Source of the DNA: Blastocystis sp. Blastoise
Taxonomy: Eukaryota; Protista; Bigyra: Opalinata
Assembly: GCA_039096225.1 (NCBI GenBank)
Contig: JBBPEB010000029.1
Coordinates: forward strand, 248,001 to 312,000
Length of the DNA stretch: 64,000 nt
Direction: 5' to 3'
Of the stretch, positions 16,289 through 31,000 are shown piece after piece (positions within the stretch are counted from its first letter, which is position 1; every line of letters begins with the position of its first letter). Under the pieces are notes generated by a model that saw only the letters and a list, made by a program, of their open reading frames with translations, was not told the DNA's origin and searched no databases. The translations under genes and the position numbers were made by a program.

Positions 16289-18707
16289 AGTGTGTATAAT
16301 ACATATAAGCAGAAATAATAAAGAATAACTATGAAAAAACATTAAAGATGATATTCTATAACAGATTTTAATATGAAAAGTCTTTACATATCAAAATCAG
16401 GAACATATTTTATCTGATTAATCATGTATAAATATTCATGGTAATTTTAGAGTCATCAGCTCAATGACAATAGACACCATCATAAGTGATAGATTTACTG
16501 ATATGGAATGATTGGATTATTTTGTTTTTTAGCAAATGATATCTATTTAATTGATATGACGTGAATGATGTATGTTGTATATGTCAATTGCATCATTAGA
16601 TATTTACATAAAAAGCACCAATAGAATAAAATGATGACGTCAGTATATATTGTTTTTTTAGTATTTACTGATTTGATCAGTGGAAACAGTGGAATTCTAT
16701 GTAATTTTTAAATAGCTATATCTCTGGATATAAGCAATATTTTGTCTCAGTTAAAAAAAGATAATTCGTTTCAAAAGAAACTCTAGCAGGGGACAAAATT
16801 TCAAAGCCCCACTGTCAGTCCTTGGACTGTATGTGTGTACATATCCTCTTATATTATATATATATATATAGTATTACACCTGTATGTATGATATATCATG
16901 GTCTCAAGTACCCCTGGCCTTCAAGCATACTACAAAATAACAGCAGTATGTATTTTATTAATTACTTATATTTTATATATATTCTAATAGGATATGCTTC
17001 TTATCTACTATATATAGATGACTGAAGTTAATAATAGCAATTATGTTTATGTTTCTATTCTTTGTTTTTGTATTATACTATTGATGTTCCTTCTTGTTTT
17101 GTTCTTAACTGAGAGTTATTATTATTATATAGTCACAACAAGTTATATCATAAAGATCAGTCTTTAATGGCTTAAATATGGATTTACTTGAATGTAGAGT
17201 GTTATACAATTAACAAAACAATATATATATAATAGAAATTGATATTAATTAGAAATAGATGCATTAAATCTTTGCTGATACTTTCTTTGCGCTTCCTTAT
17301 GTCTTTCAGCTTTGTTGCGATGCATAAGTTCAATCTTATCATAGTGACACTGAAGAACTTTGTACTCCTCTGATCGTAAAGGTGAATCCATTATAGACAG
17401 ATTTGTCAAATGGGTTAGGGCTTTATTAAAGGAATCAAAACGTTCCTCAGCAAGGCCAAAGGGTTCTCGAGCTGCTTTAAATACTCTAGTCATCCTTCCA
17501 AAATAGTTTTCGATAAGAATTCTATACTTATTAAACGTTATATCATTAACGCCATTAGGAAGTGATAGGAGTTCAGGATCCGATTCAGAATGGTATCCTT
17601 TATCAGCTAATATATAAACAGAACTTATAGTATCTCCTATGTTAGTGAGCATTTCATTTAATCCAGCCATTATTGCGTGCTTATTCAATCTAAACATTGA
17701 TATATCACTGTTTGATGCAGGAAGAGAAGGAGAAACATATATACACAGACCCTCATGATTGATAATATATTGAGCTGACATTCCAGGGCTATGAAATTTG
17801 TGGGAAAAAAACTTACGACGTTGGGCAAATGAAGACGATACAGCAGCGATACGTTGATGACGTCCATCGATTATAAAGCGTGAAGATTGTCCTTGCTCTG
17901 ATAGGCGCTGCTTTTCTGCTTCGCTAATCTTAGATGAAAGCTTTGGACAACCTAATGTTGTACAAAACGGTACATAGCAAGCTGCTATGGCATCTATTCC
18001 CTTTAAGAGGGCAGTTCTAACGATATTACGTTTTTCATGAACCTTAGTAGCCAATTCGCCAATAGTACAACATCTTCTTATATAAACCAAAGCCAAAAAA
18101 ATTGACTTATTTTGAGACAACGAACCTTTTCTGTTTCCTTTAAAGTTAAACATTGCTAGAAAAATAGTATAATAAGATAAATATAACATTATTGAACAAT
18201 AAATACCATCTTGTATTATCATTTCGCATCTTGAACGAGAAAAACCCAGCAATTGTTCACAAGAAGAGTCACTTAAGAGTCTGTGAAATGATTCAGGGTA
18301 GAGTGATTGCTCATCTGGATCATTAACAGTTACATCATGATCTAAGCAATAGTCCTCCACTTCCCTATCTATTTCCTCTTCTATGTCACAAGAAAACGAA
18401 TCAATCAAACTCATTTTTATTGTAAATATAATTTTTTTTTGTAAAAAGATATTGTTTTAATGTATTGTAAGACGTATTAGTTTTTTAATTAGTGCAAATA
18501 AATACATAATATACATACGTAATGACTAAAAGAGAAACATTCATACTTTATCAATAGAAATAGTACGCGTAATTAGAAAAGTACAATACGTATGTGATAC
18601 GTACAATCAAATAAAAAATGACGCAGATCAATTTGTGATAGACGTTATCAGTCGCATATGATAATTTTATTTTTTTTAGTAAGCAAATGATATGTATAAT
18701 ACACACT
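16289..18707 (-). mobile_element. PIF/Harbinger-superfamily (ISL2EU-like) DNA transposon
   Basis: Candidate TIRs AGTGTGTATAATACATAT (16289-16306) and ATATGTATAATACACACT (18690-18707), 17/18 match, flanking the DDE_Tnp_4 transposase. No clean TSD seen. Confidence 0.55.
17245..18414 (-). CDS. DDE_Tnp_4 (Harbinger/ISL2EU-type) transposase
   Basis: IIDGRHQRI, FSHKFHSPG, PASNSDI, ILADKGY, RILIENYFGRM motifs plus an N-terminal HTH-like region. Likely in-frame 51-nt intron at 18156-18206. Confidence 0.85.
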   Translation of the reverse strand: MSLIDSFSCDIEEEIDREVEDYCLDHDVTVNDPDEQSLYPESFHRLLSDSSCEQLLGFSRSRCEMIIQDGIYCSIMLYLSYYTIFLAMFNFKGNRKGSLSQNKSIFLALVYIRRCCTIGELATKVHEKRNIVRTALLKGIDAIAACYVPFCTTLGCPKLSSKISEAEKQRLSEQGQSSRFIIDGRHQRIAAVSSSFAQRRKFFSHKFHSPGMSAQYIINHEGLCIYVSPSLPASNSDISMFRLNKHAIMAGLNEMLTNIGDTISSVYILADKGYHSESDPELLSLPNGVNDITFNKYRILIENYFGRMTRVFKAAREPFGLAEERFDSFNKALTHLTNLSIMDSPLRSEEYKVLQCHYDKIELMHRNKAERHKEAQRKYQQRFNASISN

Positions 18708-20222
18708 GATCGAATATTCTTAGATGTTAATAGTTTGATATCATATGATCCACTATTATCGTAATTATTTCTTATTTTTCGCAATGATATGATAAATAAT
18801 TCTGATAATTTAAATATAGTCTGACTCGATATTCTTGTTTCTGATTTAATCTGAATATATCTGATTAATCAGTTGAATATGATTCCTCAGTATTAAAAAG
18901 AAATATAGACTCGTAGATTTATAAATGACTTATTATATGAAGAGGATCTTTATGTATTTAATAATGTGAACTATTTCTTCAAAATACTTTATACAATAAA
19001 GAATAGCAATGAAATGCTTTTAGAGAATTCAGTAGATGAATCAGCTTCATATTCTTCAACTGCTTTCAATCTGTGTATATGAATAGATTCTTGATAAATA
19101 TTAATTTATAAGTAATATAATCATAACGTAAATAGAACGAATATCATGAAATAGAGATGAATTGATTGTTCAATTGGTATACATAAGGTATATTCATGAT
19201 ATAATTTATTATAATTTGATAGAATATAGTTCTCTGTAACATCATAGAATATAAAACGTTATTATTTCAAAGACAAGCAGAGAATCACTGTTAATTGTAT
19301 TTTTCTTTTTGAAATCCGATTAGATAGTGAATTATTGAAGTTTTATTACATCATAAATCATTCTAGACTTATTAACTAACTTCTAATGAAGACAAATAAG
19401 GATTCTGATAATAATTTGTTGAAGAACTGCTAAGAATGACTCTATATTTGAAATATAGTTTTTATAAATACGATAAGAACAATCAATCATACGTTCTATT
19501 TTGTTCTTTTGATAATTCTGATACTTGAATTTCTTTTTTTAATGTAAAATTGAACTTTCTTATTAAATTCATGTGCTACTTATCGCTTAAATAGCATTTA
19601 CAAATAAAATAGAGGGAATTACACATTTTAACGATGTAAAATGATTAAAAAAGATTTAAAAGAAATAATATTTTTCACTTTTCAATTTTTCGCTTAAAAA
19701 ATATATATAATCGTGATTCTTTTTTAATACTTGTTCATTCACTTTGAAATTAGAGCTAGGAAAAAATGTGGGAAAAAGTGGGAACTTTTTCCCACATTTT
19801 CCCACAAAGAAATATCTAAATGGGAGAAATCAAAAAAGCCAGTATCTTTCTATAGATTTTCATGAATATAATGACATTTTCTGTTATTAGTTAAAAAAAT
19901 ACACAAATTGGAATAAATAACTGTTTAGTCATTTAAAAAGAAATTATTGATTATTATATATTTTTCAAAAAATAATTAGCCAATTAAAACTGATTAAAAT
20001 ACAATAGGCAACAAATAGAAACATATCAACTGGAAGTTTTAGAGATAATTCAATAAAAGTATAAATATAATGCCACCAAAATCCACTTTTTTTTAGTAAC
20101 TCAGAAAAAAGGCGCGAAATTTAGATTTCCCCACGTTTTTCTGTTTTTTTTCGCAATAGAAATTTGATAATAAGTTCATTCTTATTTGACTTGGTATTTT
20201 ATTTGATAATAACAATTAAGAT

Positions 20223-22726
20223 ATGGCTCGAATAAAAAACATATCGCAAAACAATAGTACAATATATAAGAATTATTTTAGCAATTTTCATAACTATTAA
20301 TATATATGTAGATCAAGAAATGGCTGAGAATAATCACAGAACTAGGTCTAAAACTAAAGGAAAGAGATTAGATGATGAAAACCGTGTTGAAAAGTACATT
20401 TTTAACTATATGATAATACTTATAATTATAGATCAAATGTGAATAGAATAAAGGGAAGAACGCCAACAAATGATAAATATAAACATAGAAGTAACATTGT
20501 CAATATAGATGATCGCTTGGAAATGATATATAATCCAAAGAATACTCTATTCTCAGATCGTTTCAATTTCACGAAAAGAAATAATAGGCTATATTGCAAG
20601 CTATGCCACAAAAACGTTGATTACATTAATACTAGTCATATGTATTCTCATGCTAAGACAAAAAAACATATAATAAAGAAGAGTATTATGTCATCAACTT
20701 CCTCTGATAATACAAAAGCAAATAACATAGGAAATGAATTTGAAGAAGATCTTTGTAGAACTATGGTTGCGTCCAATAGGCTTCTAATTTCAGTGGATGA
20801 TGAACCAATGAAGCAATTCGTAACTAAATATACAGGTAGAACTACTCCCTGTTATAGGACACTAAAGGATACATATTTGCCGATTATCTACGGAAAGGAT
20901 AAAGCAAAAGTAATACATATTATGGAGTCTGTTCATGATAATTCAACTTCTCCATCAAGCTGTGATGAAATGATAATAAGAGGAGACAATGAAGTTCAAA
21001 TATTTGTAGATTCTACGACCGATATATGTGGTCGAGAAGTAGTAGCAATACTAGGTAAAATTGTTAGTAACAATAAAGGTCAATATAATGATCAACAACA
21101 AGAGAACCCAATATTCCTTTTGGACATTATCAATGATAGCAATATTTCATCCTATAAATATGCATCTATTATTTATGATACATTAAAAGAATATAAAATA
21201 AAAGATACTAATGTTAAATACTTCTCATCTGATAATGCCTCAGTAATGTATAAAACAGCAGAAACTATTTCCATATTTTATCGAAATATAATTCATATTC
21301 CATGTATTTGTCATATATTGAATTTGATATGTATGGCGATTCAAGATAACCTAGAAAATTCTGATAACTTGATTCGAGGAATGAACAACTATTTCAACTT
21401 CTCAATACACAAGAAAAACTCATTAAAGGATTATTTATTGAAGAATGGATTAAGTAACGTATCTACTTTTCCCCAATTTGTTGAGACTAGGTGGTCTTCT
21501 TTCTTTAAATCATTATTATTTCATTGTAAGTATATCGATTATTATTATGATTATTTCCAGCCAATATTTGATAACGAAAAATCTAATAAACAGCTGAAAA
21601 TAATTAAGAATATTATTAATAATCCAACAAAGTATCAGGAAACCAGGATGGAATTGTTTCTTCTAAAAGGAATAAGCGAACAATTTGTTAACATAATAAC
21701 CACTCTCTCTTCTGATTCTTATCCAATTATCAATATGTATTCACTAGCAGAAGTAATTTCTAATAATATTCAAAATATAATTGATAATATTGATTCAAAT
21801 ATTAAAGAAAACACCAATACGAATATATCAATTTCTTTTGATAATTTAAAGAATAATATCCTTCAAGGTAAGATACAATACTATATATTATATATATTAT
21901 TATATATATTAATATATATGTATTATATATATATTATATGTATTATATATATATTATATATACTATATACATTATATATATTATTATATATATTATTATA
22001 TATATTATATATATTAATATATATATATTATTTATATTATTATATATATTATATATATTAATATATATATATTATTTATATTATTATATATATTATTATA
22101 TATATATTATTTATATTATTATATATAATATTAATATATATATATCTATTATAAAATGTAATATATATACAGGTATGTTGAATGCTCAAAAATTATATAA
22201 GAAATACCTTGGTGAGCAAACTCATCTATACATGATTTATAAAAATTATCATTGTTTTGATTATCTCCATTATACTCCACCTAATTCTCCATGTTCTAAT
22301 GATTTGAATCTGAATCCTTTATTTACTAATATATCTGAAAAAGAAATAGAATTATACATTAAATATTTGAAAGAGTACCAATCCAATAATAATATTTGTT
22401 CTAACTTACAGTGCATCTCTTTATTCTTGACAAAAGAAAATATTCAAGGATTTGCAAAAAATATGCCTAAAAATATTAAGAATATACAAAATATTATTTT
22501 ATCTAGTTTAAATATAGTAGTATCAAATACTCCTGCCGAAAGATTGTTTTCAAAGTATAACGATATTTTAATTCCACGAAGATCCAGTTTACAGTTTGAA
22601 AATATTAGATACTATATATTCGAATATTTCAATTTTTCTAACATTTATCCTAGTATTGGTAAAAAAGTAGAAACAAATTTATACAATGAAGATTCATGGT
22701 TATTTGAAAATGACGCTCCGATTTGA
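20223..22726 (+). CDS. hAT transposase (BED zinc finger, DDE, C-terminal dimerisation domain), 4 exons, apparently intact
   Basis: LYCKLCHK..SHAKTKKH; IFVDSTTD; FSSDNA; CICHILNL; TRWSS; SNTPAERLFS. Two short 5' introns and a TA-rich intron 21868-22172 splice in frame. Confidence 0.88.
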
Positions 22727-23120
22727 TTTGGACTAAGAAATTATCAGAATTATCTCAATTGTTTACATATTTATTTTGCTCGATAAATCAATTATTATAC
22801 ATCTGCATACTATTAAATATAAATATAATATATAATGAAATAAATACTCTTTAAAATCTATAAAAATTATGTTGATTTCTTTTATATATCTTTGAGTTAC
22901 GCTTCAATTCTATATTATTTGATTCTATATATGAATACTATATAAACTAGGGTCACGCCGCAGGTCCGGGGCCTAACGGCACCGGACCGCGGCTGCATAA
23001 AATAATAACAGTTTGGCTTTTATTTTCTTTTTTTCATTATTATATATTATCTATTATATATTATTATTTATTATTCATTATCTATTATATATTATATATT
23101 ATATATTATTATCTATTATC

Positions 23121-23523
23121 TATTATATATTATATATTATATATTATATATTATATATTATATATTATATATTATATATTATATATTATATATTATATAT
23201 TATATATTATATATTATATATTATATATTATATATTATATATTATATATTATATATTATATATTATATATTATATATTATATATTATATATTATATATTA
23301 TATATTATATATTATATATTATATATTATATATTATATATTATATATTATATATTATATATTATATATTATATATTATATATTATATATTATATATTATA
23401 TATTATATATTATATATTATATATTATATATTATATATTATATATTATATATTATATATTATATATTATATATTATATATTATATATTATATATTATATA
23501 TTATATATTATATATTATATATT
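23121..23523. repeat. (TATTATA)n 7-bp microsatellite inside the Helitron 3' region
   Basis: Period-7 array seen directly; length differs between the Helitron copies (also ~27496-28070 and ~30586-31200). Confidence 0.95.
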
Positions 23524-24099
23524 ACTTTAATAACGCTTCTTATACTCTATATGGAGAGTCACAATCATTTATTGATTGTAATCAGGTTCAATTCCTGATA
23601 TAAGAATTAAATAAATTCTTTAAATGATATCAAAAAAACTAAAAACAATACTTGAAAGAAAATTAAAAAACTATTTTGAATCATTATACATATTATTTAT
23701 TATTTTTAAAATATATTTTGTATTTATTAATAATTAAACAACTGTTTTAAACATTTTGTGAGTTTTTAAAGTCAATAACTTTAGAAATGAGTCACAATGT
23801 GAAGAACTCTGAAGTATTTTTAATTCATAAAATTTATTTAAATAAACGTAATATAATGATTTAAACTCATTTTCATACTTTTTAAAAGAATTAGAAAGCT
23901 TTAATCATAACAAAGTCAGCATTCATTCTAACTTTGACTAATAAAACATGGTTTAAAAAGTTAATATTTCTTCAGTTGTCTCAAATACTTATTTTAATCA
24001 TAAATGACTCGAAAAAGTGACTTTTAAATAGACTTTACCCATTCAAGATCCACTGTATCAAAACAGTTTCCTTCAGTCTTTTGATATAGTATAGAGTTT

Positions 24100-25440
24100 A
24101 TTATACTATTTATTGAATAAAAGTAAATGTTTTGAATCTCTGTCTTAAAGACCCTTTTTGACACATTATGAAAAGTTGACACACTTAAACTCATTTTTAT
24201 AAGCTAATATTTACATACTATACTCAGTATAGTGTTAGCTACACATTGGTCATCACTTTAAAACATTTTATAAACCTTTTGCATTTGCTCATTTACTTTG
24301 ACCAAAATATTTTCGTCCCTCCTTTTGACATAATATAGACTGTGTGGTCTAGTTATATGAAAGTGAGGGGGAATTTTGAATCTCGTCCTCTAAGTCAATC
24401 ATTTTCACATTTTTTAAAATTTATACCCCTAAACTTGATATTTTGACTCAACTTTTCTACAGTGTTCCAAAAACACGATTTTGGATAAACTGAGTGAAAA
24501 ATATTTTTTCAATAACTCTCACAACCCTTCACACATGCAGTCTCTAAAAATAGATTTTGCTATATTTTTGATATGTTGTAGAGTGTCTCTTAGTGTATAC
24601 TGAACAATATCTCGTTTCTTAAAACTCTCATTTTATGACTCACTCTAAACATATTTTTACTAATTGAAAGGCTTAAACATATTTTTAAAAGCTAATATTT
24701 TCATAGTAGACTTTATATGACTCTATAAACACATTAGTCATCACTTTAGACTTTTTAAGGACACTTTACTATTTGGTCATACACTTTGATCAACATATTT
24801 TCGTCCCTTATTTTAACATAATATAGATCATACACTCTAGTTTAATGCATAAAAGCTCTTATTTTGAATCTCGTCCTCTAAGTCACTCATTTTTACATTT
24901 TTTGAAATTTAATACCCTTAGAGTTGTTTTTTTGGCTCAATTTTTTTATAGTGCACGAAATTCACGATTTAACATAAACTGAAGTAAAAATAAATTTTAA
25001 ATAATAGTCACAACCCTTCACACATCCACTCTCTAAAAATAGATTTTGCTATATTTTTGATATGTTGTAGAGCTACTACAGCTGTACACTAATTAATATC
25101 TCTAAATTTTTTATTCAAAGTCTAAGACTATGTTTTATACATTCTTTTAAATTTGACAACCTTAAACTATTTATTTAAAGCTATTATTCATAAAATAGAC
25201 TTAATACATGATTCTAAACACATATGCAAACCCTTTTTCTTTTTAAGACACATTTTGTCATTTGCCGATACACTTTGACCTTCATAATTTTGACTCTCCT
25301 TTTAATATAGTATAGAGTATTATCTCTAGTTTATTAAATAAAAGTCATTATATTGAATCTCTCACTCTAAGACCACTTAATTCACACTTTTCAAAATTGT
25401 GACACTCAAACTCGTTATTTTAAGACTTTGTTTTAACTAT
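24100..25440. repeat. Degenerate ~488-bp internal tandem repeat of the Helitron
   Basis: GAATCTC(G/T)..CTCTAAG recurs at ~24379, 24866 and 25355; CAACCCTTCACACAT..TCTCTAAAAATAGATTTTGCTATATTTTTGATATGTTGTAGAG recurs at ~24522 and 25011. Confidence 0.8.
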
Positions 25441-27321
25441 AGTAGTTTAATGACCTATTGATTACTATGATACAATATTAGTCCATTATAAGAAGATCGA
25501 TGAAAATATCGATCACTCAAAAATCGTCCTCAGGAGCTGAAAATTGGTACACCTAGGTTTTTTGACCTCCTGAATCAGAATATGATGTCAAATTAAGAAT
25601 CTAAATTTGACCGTTAAGGCCTCACGTGTTCAATATGAAAAAGTATTAAAAAATAGATAAATATAAAGAATAAACACGGATAACGTATATTGTGGGATTG
25701 ATAAAAAATCAAGTTTACCCCATGTTTATTTTCCAATTGTCTGGTCAACAATTTTTATCGGGGTCACCCCAAAGAGCCAATCAAAAACGACTCAAAAATC
25801 ATGTTTTCTGTTTTTTTATTAATAACTTTTTAATTATTAATAATATCGCTTAACCAAATATACGGTGCACAACTACACGTTATATCGTATTGAACTGTGT
25901 CTCAACCAAAAGCTAACTCCCCGTAAGTTTAGAGGAGTTGCGGCGACAAACTATAGTATACATTAGCCAATCAAATGCATTTTCCAAAAACTGACCAATG
26001 GGAATTTTTTTGCCTATTCTCATATATATAGTAATGATATATTATGTTCTATATTATACATTTGATTTTATTTTGAATCATGATATTAATTATCTTATTT
26101 TACATTTTTAAAATCACAAGCCCTCCAAAAGGTAGTGGCGAAAAATAATAAATTGACCTCAGTAATGCTAAAATATGCTTTTAACATATGTTTAGATCAA
26201 AAGAACAAAAAATGGACAGAAATCCACATTTTTTTAGAAGAAACGTTTTTTCACTAAAATTGAGCAAAATAATCACAATATTTAGCCCACTTTTTTTCCT
26301 AGCCCTATTTGAAATGCTATATAAATACACTTAATATCAATTAGTAACTAAGAGTAATTACATATAAATCTTTTCTAAAAAATTTGCAAGTTTTAATTTT
26401 TCTTGTTTTCATTGATTCATTGTTTTTTATATAGAATACAACTCTTTTTGAAGTATTTATTTCTAAAATTATATAGAAATGCATTTCCCAAGAATAATAA
26501 TATATAATTATGTTATTTTTATAGTTGAATTCAAGTGATGTCAGAAAATAAGTCAATATTAACTGAAGATACATGTAAGTGAGCATTACTATAGACAATT
26601 TATACGTTTTTAAATTTATTTACGTTTCAAGATGAGACGCAATTATGCATTCCAAAAGAATTTATTGAGAAATATCCCCAATTACCCTTTTACGATATTA
26701 TCAAACACTCTGATAAATATGATGATGGAAGCTATTATATAGATATACCTTATTCTCCTATGAAAACAGTTATTCAATTTTTGACAGAAGAAAATAATGA
26801 TATTTCTTCTCTGAATTTGAAAGATAGTTATGATATATTTAGAACACTTGTTGAATACCCAGTTTCGATTGATAATGAAATACAAAGTGATTTATTAATA
26901 CATGTTAAAGAATTATTTTATAAATATTTGAAAGAAAACAATTTTACTGCATATGGATTATATGATTCATGTCATGAGTTATGTATGCCTATGATGCTAT
27001 TTAGTTCAGATACAATAATATGTATTAAAGGTATTAATAGTTTATTGCTTACAAATAATGTATTATAGGATTATTTACACCTAAAAGAAAAGATGAATTA
27101 TTCTATTATTCTCTTCTTATTAAAATGATGAATATTACTCAAGTTAGTATTGAATGTATAAATATGTTTATATAATATAAAGAACATATATATATATAGA
27201 TGATTACGCATCGACTATTCCATTAGAATATATATGTCCATCCTGTATTAAAGATATATTTCCTTCTTTAGAAGAATTAAAGATAACTGGTACATATATG
27301 TATTATATATATATATATATA

Positions 27322-28071
27322 CTAGGGTCACGCCGCAGGTCCGGGGCCTAACGGCACCGGACCGCGGCTGCATAAAATAATAACAGTTTGGCTTTTATTT
27401 TCTTTTTTTCATTATTATATATTATCTATTATATATTATTATTTATTATTCATTATCTATTATATATTATATATTATATATTATTATCTATTATCTATTA
27501 TATATTATATATTATATATTATATATTATATATTATATATTATATATTATATATTATATATTATATATTATATATTATATATTATATATTATATATTATA
27601 TATTATATATTATATATTATATATTATATATTATATATTATATATTATATATTATATATTATATATTATATATTATATATTATATATTATATATTATATA
27701 TTATATATTATATATTATATATTATATATTATATATTATATATTATATATTATATATTATATATTATATATTATATATTATATATTATATATTATATATT
27801 ATATATTATATATTATATATTATATATTATATATTATATATTATATATTATATATTATATATTATATATTATATATTATATATTATATATTATATATTAT
27901 ATATTATATATTATATATTATATATTATATATTATATATTATATATTATATATTATATATTATATATTATATATTATATATTATATATTATATATTATAT
28001 ATTATATATTATATATTATATATTATATATTATATATTATATATTATATATTATATATTATATATTATATA
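27322..28071 (-). mobile_element. Helitron 3'-end fragment (CTAG, hairpin, microsatellite)
   Basis: Matches 22947 onwards up to the microsatellite, then abuts the TC start of the plus-strand copy. Confidence 0.8.
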
Positions 28072-31000
28072 TCATTACTATATATATGAGAATAGGCAAA
28101 AAAATTCCCATTGGTCAGTTTTTGGAAAATGCATTTGATTGGCTAATGTATACTATAGTTTGTCGCCGCAACTCCTCTAAACTTACGGGGAGTTAGCTTT
28201 TGGTTGAGACACAGTTCAATACGATATAACGTGTAGTTGTGCACCGTATATTTGGTTAAGCGATATTATTAATAATTAAAAAGTTATTAATAAAAAAACA
28301 GAAAACATGATTTTTGAGTCGTTTTTGATTGGCTCTTTGGGGTGACCCCGATAAAAATTGTTGACCAGACAATTGGAAAATAAACATGGGGTAAACTTGA
28401 TTTTTTATCAATCCCACAATATACGTTATCCGTGTTTATTCTTTATATTTATCTATTTTTTAATACTTTTTCATATTGAACACGTGAGGCCTTAACGGTC
28501 AAATTTAGATTCTTAATTTGACATCATATTCTGATTCAGGAGGTCAAAAAACCTAGGTGTACCAATTTTCAGCTCCTGAGGACGATTTTTGAGTGATCGA
28601 TATTTTCATCGATCTTCTTATAATGGACTAATATTGTATCATAGTAATCAATAGGTCATTAAACTACTATAGTTAAAACAAAGTCTTAAAATAACGAGTT
28701 TGAGTGTCACAATTTTGAAAAGTGTGAATTAAGTGGTCTTAGAGTGAGAGATTCAATATAATGACTTTTATTTAATAAACTAGAGATAATACTCTATACT
28801 ATATTAAAAGGAGAGTCAAAATTATGAAGGTCAAAGTGTATCGGCAAATGACAAAATGTGTCTTAAAAAGAAAAAGGGTTTGCATATGTGTTTAGAATCA
28901 TGTATTAAGTCTATTTTATGAATAATAGCTTTAAATAAATAGTTTAAGGTTGTCAAATTTAAAAGAATGTATAAAACATAGTCTTAGACTTTGAATAAAA
29001 AATTTAGAGATATTAATTAGTGTACAGCTGTAGTAGCTCTACAACATATCAAAAATATAGCAAAATCTATTTTTAGAGAGTGGATGTGTGAAGGGTTGTG
29101 ACTATTATTTAAAATTTATTTTTACTTCAGTTTATGTTAAATCGTGAATTTCGTGCACTATAAAAAAATTGAGCCAAAAAAACAACTCTAAGGGTATTAA
29201 ATTTCAAAAAATGTAAAAATGAGTGACTTAGAGGACGAGATTCAAAATAAGAGCTTTTATGCATTAAACTAGAGTGTATGATCTATATTATGTTAAAATA
29301 AGGGACGAAAATATGTTGATCAAAGTGTATGACCAAATAGTAAAGTGTCCTTAAAAAGTCTAAAGTGATGACTAATGTGTTTATAGAGTCATATAAAGTC
29401 TACTATGAAAATATTAGCTTTTAAAAATATGTTTAAGCCTTTCAATTAGTAAAAATATGTTTAGAGTGAGTCATAAAATGAGAGTTTTAAGAAACGAGAT
29501 ATTGTTCAGTATACACTAAGAGACACTCTACAACATATCAAAAATATAGCAAAATCTATTTTTAGAGACTGCATGTGTGAAGGGTTGTGAGAGTTATTGA
29601 AAAAATATTTTTCACTCAGTTTATCCAAAATCGTGTTTTTGGAACACTGTAGAAAAGTTGAGTCAAAATATCAAGTTTAGGGGTATAAATTTTAAAAAAT
29701 GTGAAAATGATTGACTTAGAGGACGAGATTCAAAATTCCCCCTCACTTTCATATAACTAGACCACACAGTCTATATTATGTCAAAAGGAGGGACGAAAAT
29801 ATTTTGGTCAAAGTAAATGAGCAAATGCAAAAGGTTTATAAAATGTTTTAAAGTGATGACCAATGTGTAGCTAACACTATACTGAGTATAGTATGTAAAT
29901 ATTAGCTTATAAAAATGAGTTTAAGTGTGTCAACTTTTCATAATGTGTCAAAAAGGGTCTTTAAGACAGAGATTCAAAACATTTACTTTTATTCAATAAA
30001 TAGTATAATAAACTCTATACTATATCAAAAGACTGAAGGAAACTGTTTTGATACAGTGGATCTTGAATGGGTAAAGTCTATTTAAAAGTCACTTTTTCGA
30101 GTCATTTATGATTAAAATAAGTATTTGAGACAACTGAAGAAATATTAACTTTTTAAACCATGTTTTATTAGTCAAAGTTAGAATGAATGCTGACTTTGTT
30201 ATGATTAAAGCTTTCTAATTCTTTTAAAAAGTATGAAAATGAGTTTAAATCATTATATTACGTTTATTTAAATAAATTTTATGAATTAAAAATACTTCAG
30301 AGTTCTTCACATTGTGACTCATTTCTAAAGTTATTGACTTTAAAAACTCACAAAATGTTTAAAACAGTTGTTTAATTATTAATAAATACAAAATATATTT
30401 TAAAAATAATAAATAATATGTATAATGATTCAAAATAGTTTTTTAATTTTCTTTCAAGTATTGTTTTTAGTTTTTTTGATATCATTTAAAGAATTTATTT
30501 AATTCTTATATCAGGAATTGAACCTGATTACAATCAATAAATGATTGTGACTCTCCATATAGAGTATAAGAAGCGTTATTAAAGTAATATATAATATATA
30601 ATATATAATATATAATATATAATATATAATATATAATATATAATATATAATATATAATATATAATATATAATATATAATATATAATATATAATATATAAT
30701 ATATAATATATAATATATAATATATAATATATAATATATAATATATAATATATAATATATAATATATAATATATAATATATAATATATAATATATAATAT
30801 ATAATATATAATATATAATATATAATATATAATATATAATATATAATATATAATATATAATATATAATATATAATATATAATATATAATATATAATATAT
30901 AATATATAATATATAATATATAATATATAATATATAATATATAATATATAATATATAATATATAATATATAATATATAATATATAATATATAATATATAA

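Larger units (their letters stand above)
22947..26037 (-). mobile_element. Non-autonomous Helitron, copy 1 (inserted in the 3' region of the hAT)
   Basis: On the minus strand it starts TC(ATTACTATATA) and ends with a GC-rich hairpin GCCGCGGTCCGG..CCGGACCTGCGGC followed by GTGACCCTAG. It sits between A and T with no TSD and has no RepHel ORF. Confidence 0.85.
19751..26307 (+). mobile_element. hAT DNA transposon, complete, with a nested Helitron
   Basis: TIRs TAGAGCTAGGAAAAAATGTGGG and CCCACTTTTTTTCCTAGCCCTA; perfect 8-bp TSD TTTGAAAT at 19743-19750 and 26308-26315. Confidence 0.92.
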
